DNA of 64,000 nucleotides from a virus: IMG/VR virus record IMGVR_UViG_3300033145_001598, positions 11,595 through 75,594 of that record; one strand, 5' to 3'. Below, one piece after another: positions 1 through 10,495 of this stretch. The position numbers and the translations under genes were made by a program. The notes beneath the pieces are model-generated. The model saw nothing but the letters and a program-made list of their open reading frames with translations. It made no database searches and was not told where the DNA came from. Numbering within the stretch: position 1 is the first letter of the stretch; the number at the start of each line of letters is the position of its first letter.

Positions 1-256
1 ACATAGGACCTATGCCATTAACACTCTCTGGTGCTTCTATGGTTTTGTTTCCACAGATTTGACATTCCCAGAACATTTCAGGGTCGTCACAGTGAGCACT
101 ACCTGGAATGGAACCATTGTATCCAGTGGTAAGGATGCGCTTGTCTCTAACTAGTATAGCGCCTACCTGTTTCCTATCACATGTGCCTCTGGTCGCAACC
201 ATTTCACACATGTCTAAAAAATAACTATCCCAACTCGGTCTGTTTGTAGTATTCAA
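1..256 (-). CDS. dCMP deaminase (ComEB-like), 5' part only; runs off the window
   Basis: Not in the ORF track. Manual translation from TTG at 256: MNTTNRPSWDSYFLDMCEMVATRGTCDRKQVGAILVRDKRILTTGYNGSIPGSAHC, the typical dCMP deaminase N-terminus (RPSWD.YF, RxTC.R.QVGA, TGYNG). Confidence 0.9.
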   Translation of the reverse strand, partial: MNTTNRPSWDSYFLDMCEMVATRGTCDRKQVGAILVRDKRILTTGYNGSIPGSAHCDDPEMFWECQICGNKTIEAPESVNGIGPM

Positions 257-809
257 GTATCACCTTTTCTGCTTTTTTGCTGAACATATTGCGAATTAAT
301 TCTTCTGGTAATGGCTTACCATATAGCCAACTTGATACAGTGTATGAAAAACTACTGGCTCTCCAGCGGACTAGATCAGGAATTAGTTCCCCAGTTTTTA
401 GCTTGCATTCCCATGCAAATGCTTCTGCATCTAGTTCAAACCAGACTCTCATAGGATTGAAGTAGACAGGTAATGGACCGAAGAGATACAGAAGTCCCAT
501 GACAGGTATGCCAACCATGGGATGAATATAAAGGCCGCAGACTTTGAATTGCCATACATGTCTAGCTTCATGGGGAATAATTCTTTCGGTCTGTTCTCTT
601 GTCCACTTTTTAGGAATGAACAGATAGGGTCCTACTGCTTTAGCAATGTTATCTGTCTGCCATTGCATCTTTTTTTTTCTACCAAAGCATACGATAAAGA
701 TAAGAAGCTTACAGAACCAGTTCTCTGTAGTGTATAAACGAATTGTATTGTCAAAGCTAAGGGCAAACAAATCCACCCAGTGTTTTTCTTCTGTCCATGA
801 TCTACTCAT
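225..809 (-). CDS. Hypothetical membrane-associated protein with HExxH (putative zinc metallopeptidase)
   Basis: HEARH motif, downstream ELDAEA, hydrophobic segment. Confidence 0.45.
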   Translation of the reverse strand: MSRSWTEEKHWVDLFALSFDNTIRLYTTENWFCKLLIFIVCFGRKKKMQWQTDNIAKAVGPYLFIPKKWTREQTERIIPHEARHVWQFKVCGLYIHPMVGIPVMGLLYLFGPLPVYFNPMRVWFELDAEAFAWECKLKTGELIPDLVRWRASSFSYTVSSWLYGKPLPEELIRNMFSKKAEKVILEYYKQTELG

Positions 810-817
810 AAATTCTC

Positions 818-2011
818 CTAATCGAACTTGATTGGTTTAATAAAGGTTGGAAGAGATTTGCTGCTGATTCCAAACATCAGCTGTGTAGGTTCATCATGAA
901 CAGCAAGGTTCTCTGAATAATCATCAGGGCCCATAACAGATCCGTTTCTAAAAATTGGTTTACTGTTCCAGGTCATGACTCCCCAGTGATGGAAGTGTCC
1001 ATAACAAACAAAGTCCCAGTTATGTATACCGTTCCAGCCTGCAAACTTGTTGGAAGCTGCTGCTGTATCAGCTTGTACTGGTGCGAAATGGCGGATTAAT
1101 CCACGCCATCCCTTAACTTCTACTATGTTGTAGCTTGAATACCTGTTCTTGATAGTGATATTAGGATCTTCATGCATATCTACTAGTAGTTCTATCTGTT
1201 GGAATACCATGTTATCCCAGTTAGCTTCTGCTGAATGGAATTTACTACTTCTACCATGGTTTCCTCTGACTGTAGCTATTCTAACTAGTGGAAAGACTTG
1301 ACGAAGATCTATAATCATTTGCCATATAGCTTTGCTTGTACCTATAACTTGTTCAGCTACATGAGTCTCTAGACTCATTTCTTGAGCAGGAAAGATTCCT
1401 TCGCCGTCTACATGGTCTCCTGCTAGGATAATAACTAGTTCATCAAAGTCCGCGAGATCTTTAGACCCTAGGCAATCCACTACTCTTTCTGGAATAGAAC
1501 GAATTCTACTGAGAGCTGTCTTGATATTATATTGTTCTTCCTGATTAGGACCTAGTACAATTCTACCTACATGGAAGTCAGAGAGTAATAAACATAGACT
1601 TTCTTTCTTACCCTTGGCTGTCTTCAGAGATACAGAACCTGTACGAGGAGTCATATTACGGATTTCTAACAGTTCATCCATAAGATCAGCGACAAGGTTT
1701 CTTTTCGCTGAGGTCATCTGGCTTTTTTGTGCAGGTGATAAAGAAACGGGAGGTTCTATCTGTTGAATCAGATGCTCTCTTTGGTCTAGTATCTGTTGAA
1801 TTGCTTTAGATTCTTCAGGACTTAGGCCCATCATAGATGGTGCACCATAGTCTTTGAATCCAATCCCCATGTTGCGAGACTTCTTGGAGATCGCCTCCAT
1901 ACTTCTTTCATGATCTAATAGTTCAAATACCTTATGAATTTCTCTGGTTGAACATGCAGATCTTAATGCTTCTAGGATTGCTATTTCTTGATCGCTCCAA
2001 ATTACTGACAT
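818..2011 (-). CDS. Calcineurin-like metallophosphoesterase/nuclease with N-terminal helical (HTH-like) domain
   Basis: Motifs SDFHVG, GDHVDG, GNHGR, H, GHFH. Confidence 0.8.
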   Translation of the reverse strand: MSVIWSDQEIAILEALRSACSTREIHKVFELLDHERSMEAISKKSRNMGIGFKDYGAPSMMGLSPEESKAIQQILDQREHLIQQIEPPVSLSPAQKSQMTSAKRNLVADLMDELLEIRNMTPRTGSVSLKTAKGKKESLCLLLSDFHVGRIVLGPNQEEQYNIKTALSRIRSIPERVVDCLGSKDLADFDELVIILAGDHVDGEGIFPAQEMSLETHVAEQVIGTSKAIWQMIIDLRQVFPLVRIATVRGNHGRSSKFHSAEANWDNMVFQQIELLVDMHEDPNITIKNRYSSYNIVEVKGWRGLIRHFAPVQADTAAASNKFAGWNGIHNWDFVCYGHFHHWGVMTWNSKPIFRNGSVMGPDDYSENLAVHDEPTQLMFGISSKSLPTFIKPIKFD

Positions 2012-2166
2012 TCACTACAACTCCTTAACAGTCTTGAGCCTAATAGACACTTGTTGAGTTTATGACATCCGTATAAGATTACGCCGAACCCAAACAAAAC
2101 TGAACTAATCTTCCCCCAGAATACTATGCTTCCGCCCAGAAAGAAAAGTGTTTCTAAAAAATCCAT
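2002..2166 (-). CDS. Small hydrophobic protein (54 aa)
   Basis: Manual ORF MDFLETLFFLGGSIVFWGKISSVLFGFGVILYGC... fills the gap between dnaE and the phosphoesterase. Confidence 0.45.
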   Translation of the reverse strand: MDFLETLFFLGGSIVFWGKISSVLFGFGVILYGCHKLNKCLLGSRLLRSCSECQ

Positions 2167-2167
2167 A

Positions 2168-4765
2168 TCATAACTCCTGTATCTTCTTTAATAACGCGGA
2201 CCTATCTCCGTCACATTTAAATGTGCCAATTCTCCAAACATTATCTTCTTTGGATGAAACAGATAGGTTTACTCTAAACTGATTACCACGCAGACTACTG
2301 ATTGTACTAGCAGCACTGGTGGCTATTTTCATTGGTACTACTAGTTCTAATTCACTCGTAAGAGATTCCCTTACGCTTTCAAGCATTTGAATAGATTTGA
2401 TTTTAGCTTTGACTATCTTTGCTTCGTCTCCTTCCAGTACATCTATCTGTATTCTAAAACGTGCAGGATGCTTATCGCTAAGTAGATGTTTATACATGGA
2501 ATAAGGTTTAGGTAATATGACAGCTTCTATCGTACCACTTTTATCTTCGAGTACCATATATGCCATCTTTTGTTTTCTTTTCTTTGTAGTTATCTCTTTG
2601 ATGGCACTTGGTATACCTATTAGTGTAGCTGTATCCTTATCTCTACCCTCTTCTTTTATTTCTTCTATTTTATATGGGGCAATCTCTTTGATGTTGTCCA
2701 GAGGATGTCCTGAAATATAGTAGCCCATGAGTTCCTTCTCATAGGCAAGAACTTCTTCTATGGGCATCTCTGGCTGTGGTTCGATGGATGGGAGCGTGGG
2801 AGGCTCAGGTTCCACCGGCACCTTTAAAGGTTTCTTTTTTGATCCCTGTTCAATCTCCAGCAGTCTCTGGTCATACTTCACTGTTCTCTTGTTAAAGGTA
2901 TCCGTCTTGCTCACGTACTTTTTATGTTCTTGTTTATATTCATAAATATCCTGAGTCACAGCCATCAATGATGATCGACTATGGTCTCCAGTACTGTCAA
3001 AGGCTCCCGCCAAAACAAGAGATTCCAGTTTCCTCTTATTAATCTGTCCGAGGTCTATTCTACCAGCGAAGCTAACAATGCTTTCATATGGGCCGTGTGT
3101 TTGTCTTTCTTCAATAATAGATCCTGCCGGCACCTCACCTAGATGTTTGACAGCTGCTAAACCAAACCGGATTGACTCTCCATCGCTGGCTATTGCAAAA
3201 CTTGTCATAGATTCGTTAGCATCAGGTGGCAAGACCTGTAGTTCTAAATGTTTACAATGGTTTATATATTTTATGACCTTCTCTGTTTCGTCTTGATCAC
3301 TAACAAGACAAGCACACATGAACTCAAGAGGGTAGTGTGTCTTTAGATAGGCCATCTGGTAAGCTATGTAGGCGTAGCATATTGAGTGAGCTTTGTTGAA
3401 TGAGTACAGTGCGAACTCTTCTATCTGAGAGAACAGTTCTTCTGCGTTATCAATCTCTTTCTCTTGCATGCCTCCAATAAATTTACCCCGTTCTTGTTTC
3501 ATCTTCTCGGGTAACTTCTTACCAATAATCTTTCTCATGTTATCAGCTTCAGCCATCGTATAACCGGCCAGCTCTCTACAGATCTGCATTGCCTGTTCTT
3601 GATAAACAATGACTCCAGCTGTTTCCTTAAGGACTGACTCTAATTCTGAGACTAGGTAGTCAGGTGCACAGTACCCGTTTCTAACTTTGATCACTTGTTG
3701 GACCATACCACTACCCAATGGACCTGGACGATAGAGTGCTGCTATTGCTGATATGTCTTCTAGACAGTGTGGCTTAATCTGTACAGTAAGGTCCCGGATA
3801 CCAGTTGATCCTTCTAGTTGAAAGACTCCATCTAGCTTTCCTTTCTGTAGCATTAGGTAAGTTGGCTTATCAGATATGGAAATTTCTAATGGGTCAATGG
3901 TAATACCGTGTCGTTCTAATACGCTTTTCACACATCTATCTATTGTAGTGAGAGCTCTTAACCCTAAGAAGTCAAACTTGATTAGTCCAACTTCTTCTAC
4001 TGTGTTCATTTCAAACTGGGTAGTAGGCTTGCCGTCTTTCCCTATAGATAAAGGTATCCTGGTATGGATAGGCAGGTTGGATATTACTACGCCGCTTGCA
4101 TGAGTACCAAACGACCGTAATCTGTTCTCCATTCTTTCTGCCCACACTAGGACTTCATGTTCTATAGTTCCAGGAGAGTTCCTGATAGACTTAAGCTCTG
4201 GTACTTTTTCATAACAGGTAGCTAGGGTCTGTGTATGACCAGCAATAGGCGGTAACACTAGCTTAGATAATTTATCTCCCACTTCATATGGGAAGCCAAG
4301 AGCTCGGGCGACATCTCTTATTGCACCCTTCGCTTTCATAGAACCATAGGTTCCTATGTGAGCAACTTTATCTTCTCCATACTTTTCCTGAAGATATTCA
4401 ATTACTCTATCTCTCTGTGTCTCATCGAAGTCTAAATCTATATCTGGGTAACTAACCCTGCTCGGGTTAAGAAATCTTTCGAATACGAGTCCGTATTTGA
4501 TCGGATCCAGGTGAGTAATCTCAAGCGCATAAGCGACAAGACTTCCAGCAGCTGAGCCTCTACCAGGACCCACAGATATTCCATTATCCTTCGCCCACGT
4601 GACAATGTCTGACACAATGAGGAAGTAGCCTGGAAAATCCATAACTTCAATGATTCTAATCTCATAATCTAACCTCTTCTTATACTCCGCTCTTCCAGCC
4701 AAACCTCTTTTCTTTAGGCCCTTTTCACATCTATACTTAAAGTAGAGTTGTAGTTCGTTCATCAT
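2168..4765 (-). CDS. dnaE: DNA polymerase III alpha (family C), polymerase/HhH/OB portion without PHP domain
   Basis: GPGRGSAAGS, FERFLNPSR, PDIDLDF, HASGVVI, KFDFLGL, YQEQ, FNKAHS, GYYISGHP, OB fold. Confidence 0.97.
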   Translation of the reverse strand: MMNELQLYFKYRCEKGLKKRGLAGRAEYKKRLDYEIRIIEVMDFPGYFLIVSDIVTWAKDNGISVGPGRGSAAGSLVAYALEITHLDPIKYGLVFERFLNPSRVSYPDIDLDFDETQRDRVIEYLQEKYGEDKVAHIGTYGSMKAKGAIRDVARALGFPYEVGDKLSKLVLPPIAGHTQTLATCYEKVPELKSIRNSPGTIEHEVLVWAERMENRLRSFGTHASGVVISNLPIHTRIPLSIGKDGKPTTQFEMNTVEEVGLIKFDFLGLRALTTIDRCVKSVLERHGITIDPLEISISDKPTYLMLQKGKLDGVFQLEGSTGIRDLTVQIKPHCLEDISAIAALYRPGPLGSGMVQQVIKVRNGYCAPDYLVSELESVLKETAGVIVYQEQAMQICRELAGYTMAEADNMRKIIGKKLPEKMKQERGKFIGGMQEKEIDNAEELFSQIEEFALYSFNKAHSICYAYIAYQMAYLKTHYPLEFMCACLVSDQDETEKVIKYINHCKHLELQVLPPDANESMTSFAIASDGESIRFGLAAVKHLGEVPAGSIIEERQTHGPYESIVSFAGRIDLGQINKRKLESLVLAGAFDSTGDHSRSSLMAVTQDIYEYKQEHKKYVSKTDTFNKRTVKYDQRLLEIEQGSKKKPLKVPVEPEPPTLPSIEPQPEMPIEEVLAYEKELMGYYISGHPLDNIKEIAPYKIEEIKEEGRDKDTATLIGIPSAIKEITTKKRKQKMAYMVLEDKSGTIEAVILPKPYSMYKHLLSDKHPARFRIQIDVLEGDEAKIVKAKIKSIQMLESVRESLTSELELVVPMKIATSAASTISSLRGNQFRVNLSVSSKEDNVWRIGTFKCDGDRSALLKKIQEL

Positions 4766-5022
4766 TCCCTAAACTGTTTAGCCATTACGCCCTGTTCATG
4801 TATCCATAACACACCAAGCTCGCTATCTTCCTCAATTATCTCTGCCTTAAGGCGATTGCGAAACCCTGTAAGTTCAGCTATGTCCATAAGTCTTAGGATG
4901 TCTCCAACTGTCCATGACAATTCCTTATAGCTTAGCTTTTTATCTTTCCAGCATGTATTTAGACTTCTTTTAGCATAGTCTACAACTCTTCTAGCGCTAG
5001 AGATTTCGGAGGATCCTCTCAT
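4762..5022 (-). CDS. Hypothetical protein between dnaE halves
   Basis: 86-aa ORF with ATGA overlaps to neighbours. Confidence 0.6.
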   Translation of the reverse strand: MRGSSEISSARRVVDYAKRSLNTCWKDKKLSYKELSWTVGDILRLMDIAELTGFRNRLKAEIIEEDSELGVLWIHEQGVMAKQFRE

Positions 5023-5234
5023 TCTTTATACTCTAGATCAAGGAAGCTATTGATTGCATTATCAAGATAGTCGAAGTCTGTATATCTTTGTTCCCATGGA
5101 AGTGTTTTATGATAAATATACCAATTTTGAGAAAAAGACAGAGGAGACTTACCTAGATTTCTTTCCTCTCCTTCATAATGTCCAATAGCAGTGACTACTG
5201 ACTCTATGTGATCGTATAGTTCTTTTCTATTCAT
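5019..5234 (-). CDS. Hypothetical protein between dnaE halves
   Basis: 71-aa ORF overlapping both neighbours. Confidence 0.6.
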   Translation of the reverse strand: MNRKELYDHIESVVTAIGHYEGEERNLGKSPLSFSQNWYIYHKTLPWEQRYTDFDYLDNAINSFLDLEYKE

Positions 5235-5472
5235 CTTTATCCCCTGGCATATCTTCCTTCTTTAACATTTTTAGTTTCAATGCTTTCTTCATTGCTTCTA
5301 AGCTACTGACTAATTCCTTTTTGGTTTCTCCAAAAGGCTCAGCAGGTTTAGGGTCCCATGAGTTAATACTGCCGTCCTTTTCATAGTACACCTCATGGAT
5401 AGTAAACTCATACCAGTTTCTACCCTGAGGCAAAACATGAACATGTTTAATTATTCTATAGTTCCAATTCAT
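5227..5472 (-). CDS. Phage hypothetical protein (WNYR...IHEVYY type) between dnaE halves
   Basis: 81-aa ORF overlapping the stop of the PHP gene. Confidence 0.65.
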   Translation of the reverse strand: MNWNYRIIKHVHVLPQGRNWYEFTIHEVYYEKDGSINSWDPKPAEPFGETKKELVSSLEAMKKALKLKMLKKEDMPGDKDE

Positions 5473-7576
5473 TTTTCCACTCCAAAAATTTTGAATAGTC
5501 GTCAGCCTCTTCTACATTAAATACTGGTGGATAGTAGGTACCCAATTCTATTTCTACATTACATTGTTCTGCTATCTTCTCTGTATTATAGTAGGCTTCT
5601 TCACATCCTATAGACTGAGCTCCTGCTAACATTTCTGCTGGTGTCTTTACATAGAACTCAGGACCATATTGAAACTCTGATGACTCTCTGTATGTTTCTA
5701 GTGACATTTTAGTTTGCATAGCCATTAATAGTTCGTGTAGTTCTGAATCTTCTTTCGTAAGATAGTGTGCGTCTGCAGTGATTACGAACGGTAGACCACG
5801 TTGCCTTCCCAAGTCAAGTAAAAACTCATTGTAAGTTGTCTGTCTCTTGTCATCGTCCTTCCATACTTGTAGCTCTAAATATAAATCAGAACCAAACGTA
5901 TCTAAATAGAAGTCTAATTCTCTTGCTACATGACCTTGAGGGTCGTGACACTTCGCCGCTCTCTCATAGATATCTAGGTCACGGATACAGTGCTTAGACA
6001 GTACTCCAGCTAGACATGATGTTGTTGCTATTACATGTCCACTTAGTTCGCGTAAGTTTTCTTTATAAATTCTTGGCTTGTAATAGAAGTTGTGGCGAGC
6101 AGCGTTAGACACCAGACTTAAGAGACCCTGATAGCCTGTATTATCTTTAGCTATCAGGACCATATGTTTATTGTCTCTCGTTCTCTCTTCACTATCGTCT
6201 GGATCATCTGTGATGTATGCTTCACAATTATGTAATATAATATCAGAAACGTAACTATTATCTCCAAATACTTCAAAATTGAAAACTTTTGTCTTGATCT
6301 TTTTTGTACTAATATTTGTAATTGGCTTAAGTATTAATTTATTAGTAGATATAGAGTGACTAAAGTGCCTGTTTAGCTTGAGGTTTAGCATATAATATTG
6401 ATGTTCTTTTCCATTAAGAGAACCTGTCCCTTCTGTGATCGAACCCCAGTGGCCTTCTGAAGCCATTAGCGTTCTCATGCCCCATGCTAAGTTTCGTGAT
6501 GATACTTTTAGTGTTCCCGTAGTTTGTTTTCCGTCTCCTTGTAAGACTCCAAGAATAAAGAATTTTTTGACTTCTTCCGAGGCATTGAAGATAAAAGACG
6601 GAACTATTTTTTCTTTTGCTCCAATACCACAGAGCTCACCTAATAAATATGCCAATGGTACTGAGCAAGCTACAACTTCTCTAATGCTTTTTTCTGGCCT
6701 TATATATATATTGCTCTTTATATTAAACTTTTCTAGTAAGACTTTTTCTATGAAGCTTGAGTATTCGATCTCGTTTATGTTAAAACTAAAAATAATTTGC
6801 CCAGTAATTCTACTATTACTGTTATGGTTTAATGATCCTTCAGCTACATAAAGACCAAGAAACCGTGCAAAGTTTTCATCTAGCAATAAAGAAGTATTGA
6901 AATCCCATTTTTTCTCTGAATCATACTTATTGTATTTTTTTGGTCTAATAACTTCGTTTTCATTTACAATAAAATCATGTTTTTCTAGAAACTGTTTTAC
7001 ATATAGTCTATCAAGCTGTGGGTAACTTTCTAGTTTAGGTAGGCAAGCATATGAATTCCATTCGGCAATTCCTTTATGAGAATTTCTTCGACCAGTTTTT
7101 ATATCCTTTGGTTTTATCCATTCAGGATCTGAAAATTGCTCTGAATGCCATCTATTAGCCTTTTGTCTTTTAACTACAAGAATAGGATGTTCTTCTGTAA
7201 GTTGAATTGATCTAGCTTTTTGACTTAGTCGGATCGTACATAGATCTCCTTCATAATCTCTTTCGAATATTTTTGTAACTGGCATAAAGCGACCTTTATG
7301 AGTTAAAACTAAATCTCCAGGTTTGATATCTTCTACATTTTTAACTCCATTAGGCGTAACGATCTCTTGTCCCTTGAGAAGACAGCCTATCAGAGGTTTG
7401 ATATCGTTCTTCTTGCATTCCTTATAGAACTCTATGATTCCAGCCATCCATCCATGATCAGTGATGGCACAGGCGTCCATTCCATTCTTTTTAAGGTGAG
7501 GAATTAATTCTGGTATAAGTATCGCGCCATCAAGAATTGAGTATTGTGAATGTATATGAAGGTGGGTAAACGCCAA
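5456..7576 (-). CDS. dnaE: DNA polymerase III alpha N-terminal PHP domain as a separate gene, intein-containing
   Basis: FTHLHIHSQYSILDG, AITDHG, IG/CEAY, HMVLIAKD, YYKPRI, TADAHY; TTG start. Confidence 0.95.
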   Translation of the reverse strand: MAFTHLHIHSQYSILDGAILIPELIPHLKKNGMDACAITDHGWMAGIIEFYKECKKNDIKPLIGCLLKGQEIVTPNGVKNVEDIKPGDLVLTHKGRFMPVTKIFERDYEGDLCTIRLSQKARSIQLTEEHPILVVKRQKANRWHSEQFSDPEWIKPKDIKTGRRNSHKGIAEWNSYACLPKLESYPQLDRLYVKQFLEKHDFIVNENEVIRPKKYNKYDSEKKWDFNTSLLLDENFARFLGLYVAEGSLNHNSNSRITGQIIFSFNINEIEYSSFIEKVLLEKFNIKSNIYIRPEKSIREVVACSVPLAYLLGELCGIGAKEKIVPSFIFNASEEVKKFFILGVLQGDGKQTTGTLKVSSRNLAWGMRTLMASEGHWGSITEGTGSLNGKEHQYYMLNLKLNRHFSHSISTNKLILKPITNISTKKIKTKVFNFEVFGDNSYVSDIILHNCEAYITDDPDDSEERTRDNKHMVLIAKDNTGYQGLLSLVSNAARHNFYYKPRIYKENLRELSGHVIATTSCLAGVLSKHCIRDLDIYERAAKCHDPQGHVARELDFYLDTFGSDLYLELQVWKDDDKRQTTYNEFLLDLGRQRGLPFVITADAHYLTKEDSELHELLMAMQTKMSLETYRESSEFQYGPEFYVKTPAEMLAGAQSIGCEEAYYNTEKIAEQCNVEIELGTYYPPVFNVEEADDYSKFLEWKNELEL
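6227..7384 (-). mobile_element. Intein (386 aa) with LAGLIDADG endonuclease in the DnaE PHP domain
   Basis: KPLIG|CLLKGQ...ILHN|CEAY; block B TEEHP; GLYVAEG and GVLQGDG LAGLIDADG motifs. Confidence 0.95.
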
Positions 7577-7577
7577 A

Positions 7578-8594
7578 CTATTCTCCGCTTAACAATCGTT
7601 CTCTGATCTCTCCTGCCATTGAAGTGTTTTCTTTAAGGAGTTGGCTAACAGTAGCTCCTCCTTGACCAAGTCTCTCCCCCTTATAGGAGTACCATGACCC
7701 TGACTTCTCTATAATATTTCTTTCTACTCCCATGTTAAGCAAGTCTTTGGCCCAGTTAATTCCCTTGCCAAACTCTATTTCTATAAGGACTTCTTTGAAA
7801 GGATTTCCTGTCTTGTTCTTGGCTACCTTAACTTTTACCTCTATCGCGGAAGCTTCTCCCTTCTCGTTGTCTTTGCCATCTTTTATGATAGCTTTTTTTC
7901 TAATATCTATTCTTTGCGAAGCATAAAACTTAAGAGCATTCCCTCCGCTAGTAACTTCGGGACTACCAAACATAACTCCTACTTTCATTCTAATTTGATT
8001 GATAAAGATGATAGTAGTACCAGCTTTCTTTAGAAGACTAGTAAGTTTCCTGCAAGCTTGGCTCATTAGTCTTGCTTGTAAACCAATATGAGATTGGCCC
8101 ATGTCTCCTTCAAGTTCTGCTTTTGGAACTAGTGCAGCAACGGAATCTATTACTATCAGACCCACTGCTCCGGACCTAACTAGAATGTCAGCTATTTCTA
8201 GGGCTTGTTCGCCACAGTCTGGTTGAGATATTAGTAGGGCGTCCATGTTGACACCCAAATCTCTAGCATATTGATAATCTAATGCATGCTCTGCATCAAT
8301 GAAGGCACATGTATCACCTGTCTTCTGTGCTTCTGCTATTGCATGAAGTGCTAGAGTGGTCTTTCCACTTGATTCTGGACCAAAAATTTCAATCATTCTA
8401 TTCCTGGCATAGCCTCCTCTCAGTGCTTTATCCAAACTGATAGATCCAGTTGAAATTCTTTTGATATCACTGAAGTCAGAAGTGTTACTAATGATTGCTT
8501 CTTTACCAAATGCTTTTTCTATTGTTGCTAGAGCCAACTGGATCTGCATCTCCTTATTGTCTGTAGTTTCACCATTGTTCTTCGATTTGCTCAT
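7578..8594 (-). CDS. recA: RecA recombinase
   Basis: [52 protein letters not shown]. Confidence 0.98.
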   Translation of the reverse strand: MSKSKNNGETTDNKEMQIQLALATIEKAFGKEAIISNTSDFSDIKRISTGSISLDKALRGGYARNRMIEIFGPESSGKTTLALHAIAEAQKTGDTCAFIDAEHALDYQYARDLGVNMDALLISQPDCGEQALEIADILVRSGAVGLIVIDSVAALVPKAELEGDMGQSHIGLQARLMSQACRKLTSLLKKAGTTIIFINQIRMKVGVMFGSPEVTSGGNALKFYASQRIDIRKKAIIKDGKDNEKGEASAIEVKVKVAKNKTGNPFKEVLIEIEFGKGINWAKDLLNMGVERNIIEKSGSWYSYKGERLGQGGATVSQLLKENTSMAGEIRERLLSGE

Positions 8595-9177
8595 TTAAAT
8601 TTACCCTCTCAAATATTTTGCTTAGGACTTCCTCTACTTGTGAGTATAGAGTGCTAAATGAATTTACATTCTTGATAACATAGTCCCATCCATAATAGAT
8701 TGACAAGTCTTTTTCACTTGGATGATCATCTATCTCTGGATCATGTTTTATTGCTCTATCTATTCGTATTACAAAACCACCGGCCTCCCTTATAGCATCT
8801 GCCTCGTTTCTAAATCTAACATCAGATATGACAGTGCTTTCTTCTCTGCTTTCTATTCTTCTCATCAAGGTCTTAACCCAGATGCTTCCTCCAAATACAT
8901 TCCTCATGGCTTCTGTACCAGCCTTCTGGAGGATTTCTCGTGGAGTCATACCCCAGTAGGGGTCTACTTCTTTCTTTAGACTGGTGTGTACCTGCTCATC
9001 GCTAAGGCCAAACACTCCTTTACCAATGCCTTCTTTGAGTGAGTGGGCAAAGCTATCCCTAATGAAAGGTCTCTCATCAGGATGGAACTCCTTGCATCTG
9101 TCCACAATATAATCACAACAGGTGTCCTTGCCACGGCGTCTTCTGTGGCCAAACCCAATTAATAGTTTTTTTGGCAT
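8569..9177 (-). CDS. Deoxynucleoside monophosphate kinase
   Basis: [11 protein letters not shown]-loop, [31 protein letters not shown]. Confidence 0.9.
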   Translation of the reverse strand: MPKKLLIGFGHRRRRGKDTCCDYIVDRCKEFHPDERPFIRDSFAHSLKEGIGKGVFGLSDEQVHTSLKKEVDPYWGMTPREILQKAGTEAMRNVFGGSIWVKTLMRRIESREESTVISDVRFRNEADAIREAGGFVIRIDRAIKHDPEIDDHPSEKDLSIYYGWDYVIKNVNSFSTLYSQVEEVLSKIFERVNLNEQIEEQW

Positions 9178-9178
9178 A

Positions 9179-9649
9179 TCAACACTTCAGATCAATGAAT
9201 TTTTCATCTGCTAGAAACATCATTAAACAAGCAATAGATTCAAATATTTCAGTGAAGGTGGCTAGGAACCACCCTGGAACTTCATGAAAAGGTTTGCTTG
9301 TTACTAGATAGCAGGGCTTGCCCGCTTCGTATGCATGACCTACCTCATGGATTGTACCTGACATGGCCTCGCCCTCCCATCGGACGATTAACATGTCTAC
9401 ATTGTCCACAAAGTTAAGATCAAGATCAATGATCTTCCTCATCAGCTCTGTATATTCAAAGATATTCTCTTTCTTTAGCCGATTCAGCTCTTTTTGGTTG
9501 GTTATTAGGGATTCTTCTTCTTCAGGAATGATACAATCTACTTCTAGATACTCTTTAAGTAAGTCTCTGTACTCTTCTCGCCAAGCTCTACCACCATCTG
9601 CTGTAAATTCCATCGGGCCAGCAAGATAACAAGTCTTCATATCTTTCAT
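9179..9649 (-). CDS. Nucleoside 2-deoxyribosyltransferase-like protein
   Basis: YLAGPM, DL..V...D, SGTIHEVGHA...GKP. Confidence 0.8.
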   Translation of the reverse strand: MKDMKTCYLAGPMEFTADGGRAWREEYRDLLKEYLEVDCIIPEEEESLITNQKELNRLKKENIFEYTELMRKIIDLDLNFVDNVDMLIVRWEGEAMSGTIHEVGHAYEAGKPCYLVTSKPFHEVPGWFLATFTEIFESIACLMMFLADEKFIDLKC

Positions 9650-9976
9650 CTAATCTCCATCTAACATAATCTTAATGTCAAACTCACGAACTTTGTTCTC
9701 TTTAAGGATAGATATCTTCTCTCTAAACCATCGTATATTGAGGTCTAGAATATCCAGTAAGTCATTGAGTGATTTGTCTTCACTACCATAATCTATGACG
9801 TAGTCATCGTCAAATATAAAGTCTATAGCAGTGTCATAATAGTATTGTTCGATAGGAGCATCGCTGAACTCTAAGCTCAGGTAATCTCTCACAGATTGTT
9901 CAACTATCTTCAGGATGAGATAGCGACACTCATCTAACTCAGGTAGAGATCTGAATATCAAGTACCACCCTCCCAA
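9650..9976 (-). CDS. Hypothetical protein
   Basis: 108-aa ORF, TTG start 7 nt after a TACACT -10-like box. Confidence 0.55.
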   Translation of the reverse strand: MGGWYLIFRSLPELDECRYLILKIVEQSVRDYLSLEFSDAPIEQYYYDTAIDFIFDDDYVIDYGSEDKSLNDLLDILDLNIRWFREKISILKENKVREFDIKIMLDGD

Positions 9977-10024
9977 TATAGAGAGTGTACACTGGCTTGA
10001 CTATTCTAGTCTAGTTTTAAATAC

Positions 10025-10465
10025 TTAGAGCTCTGTAAGTCTGTCTTTTCTCTGCTTGACACGGAGTTCGCGGCACTCATCACAGAGGGTCACAGTCCAT
10101 CCATCATTCATTGTTTGTCCTGGATTTCCGCATAGTTCACAGATTGTAAAGGATGTCTTCTCTGCTTGCCTGACAACTCCATGGATTTCTTTGTCTACTA
10201 TTTTATGATTTCTCCAGGACCCGTTCCATTCGTAATAGCATCTGAGGCCGCCGAATTTCTCTTTTACCTGGACTATTTCAAAGGCTCCATCAGGAGCATC
10301 ATATTTCTTAAGGATTTGATCTATGGTACAGAAGAGTATCTCAAGTAGCTCTGTCCATCCATCTCCAACGTTAAAGCCAAAGCACATTAGAGATTTCATC
10401 TTGTCTTCCGTATTGAACCAGGAAGGATAGCTATTCATTAGCCTTTTTTGGTCTTCTTCTTTCAT
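10025..10465 (-). CDS. Conserved phage hypothetical protein (GW...QVKEKFGGLRxY family) with C-terminal Zn finger
   Basis: VGDGW, QVKEKFGGLRCYY, CELCG...LCDEC. Confidence 0.75.
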   Translation of the reverse strand: MKEEDQKRLMNSYPSWFNTEDKMKSLMCFGFNVGDGWTELLEILFCTIDQILKKYDAPDGAFEIVQVKEKFGGLRCYYEWNGSWRNHKIVDKEIHGVVRQAEKTSFTICELCGNPGQTMNDGWTVTLCDECRELRVKQRKDRLTEL

Positions 10466-10495
10466 TATGTCCTCACTATTTCACAACTGTCTCCA

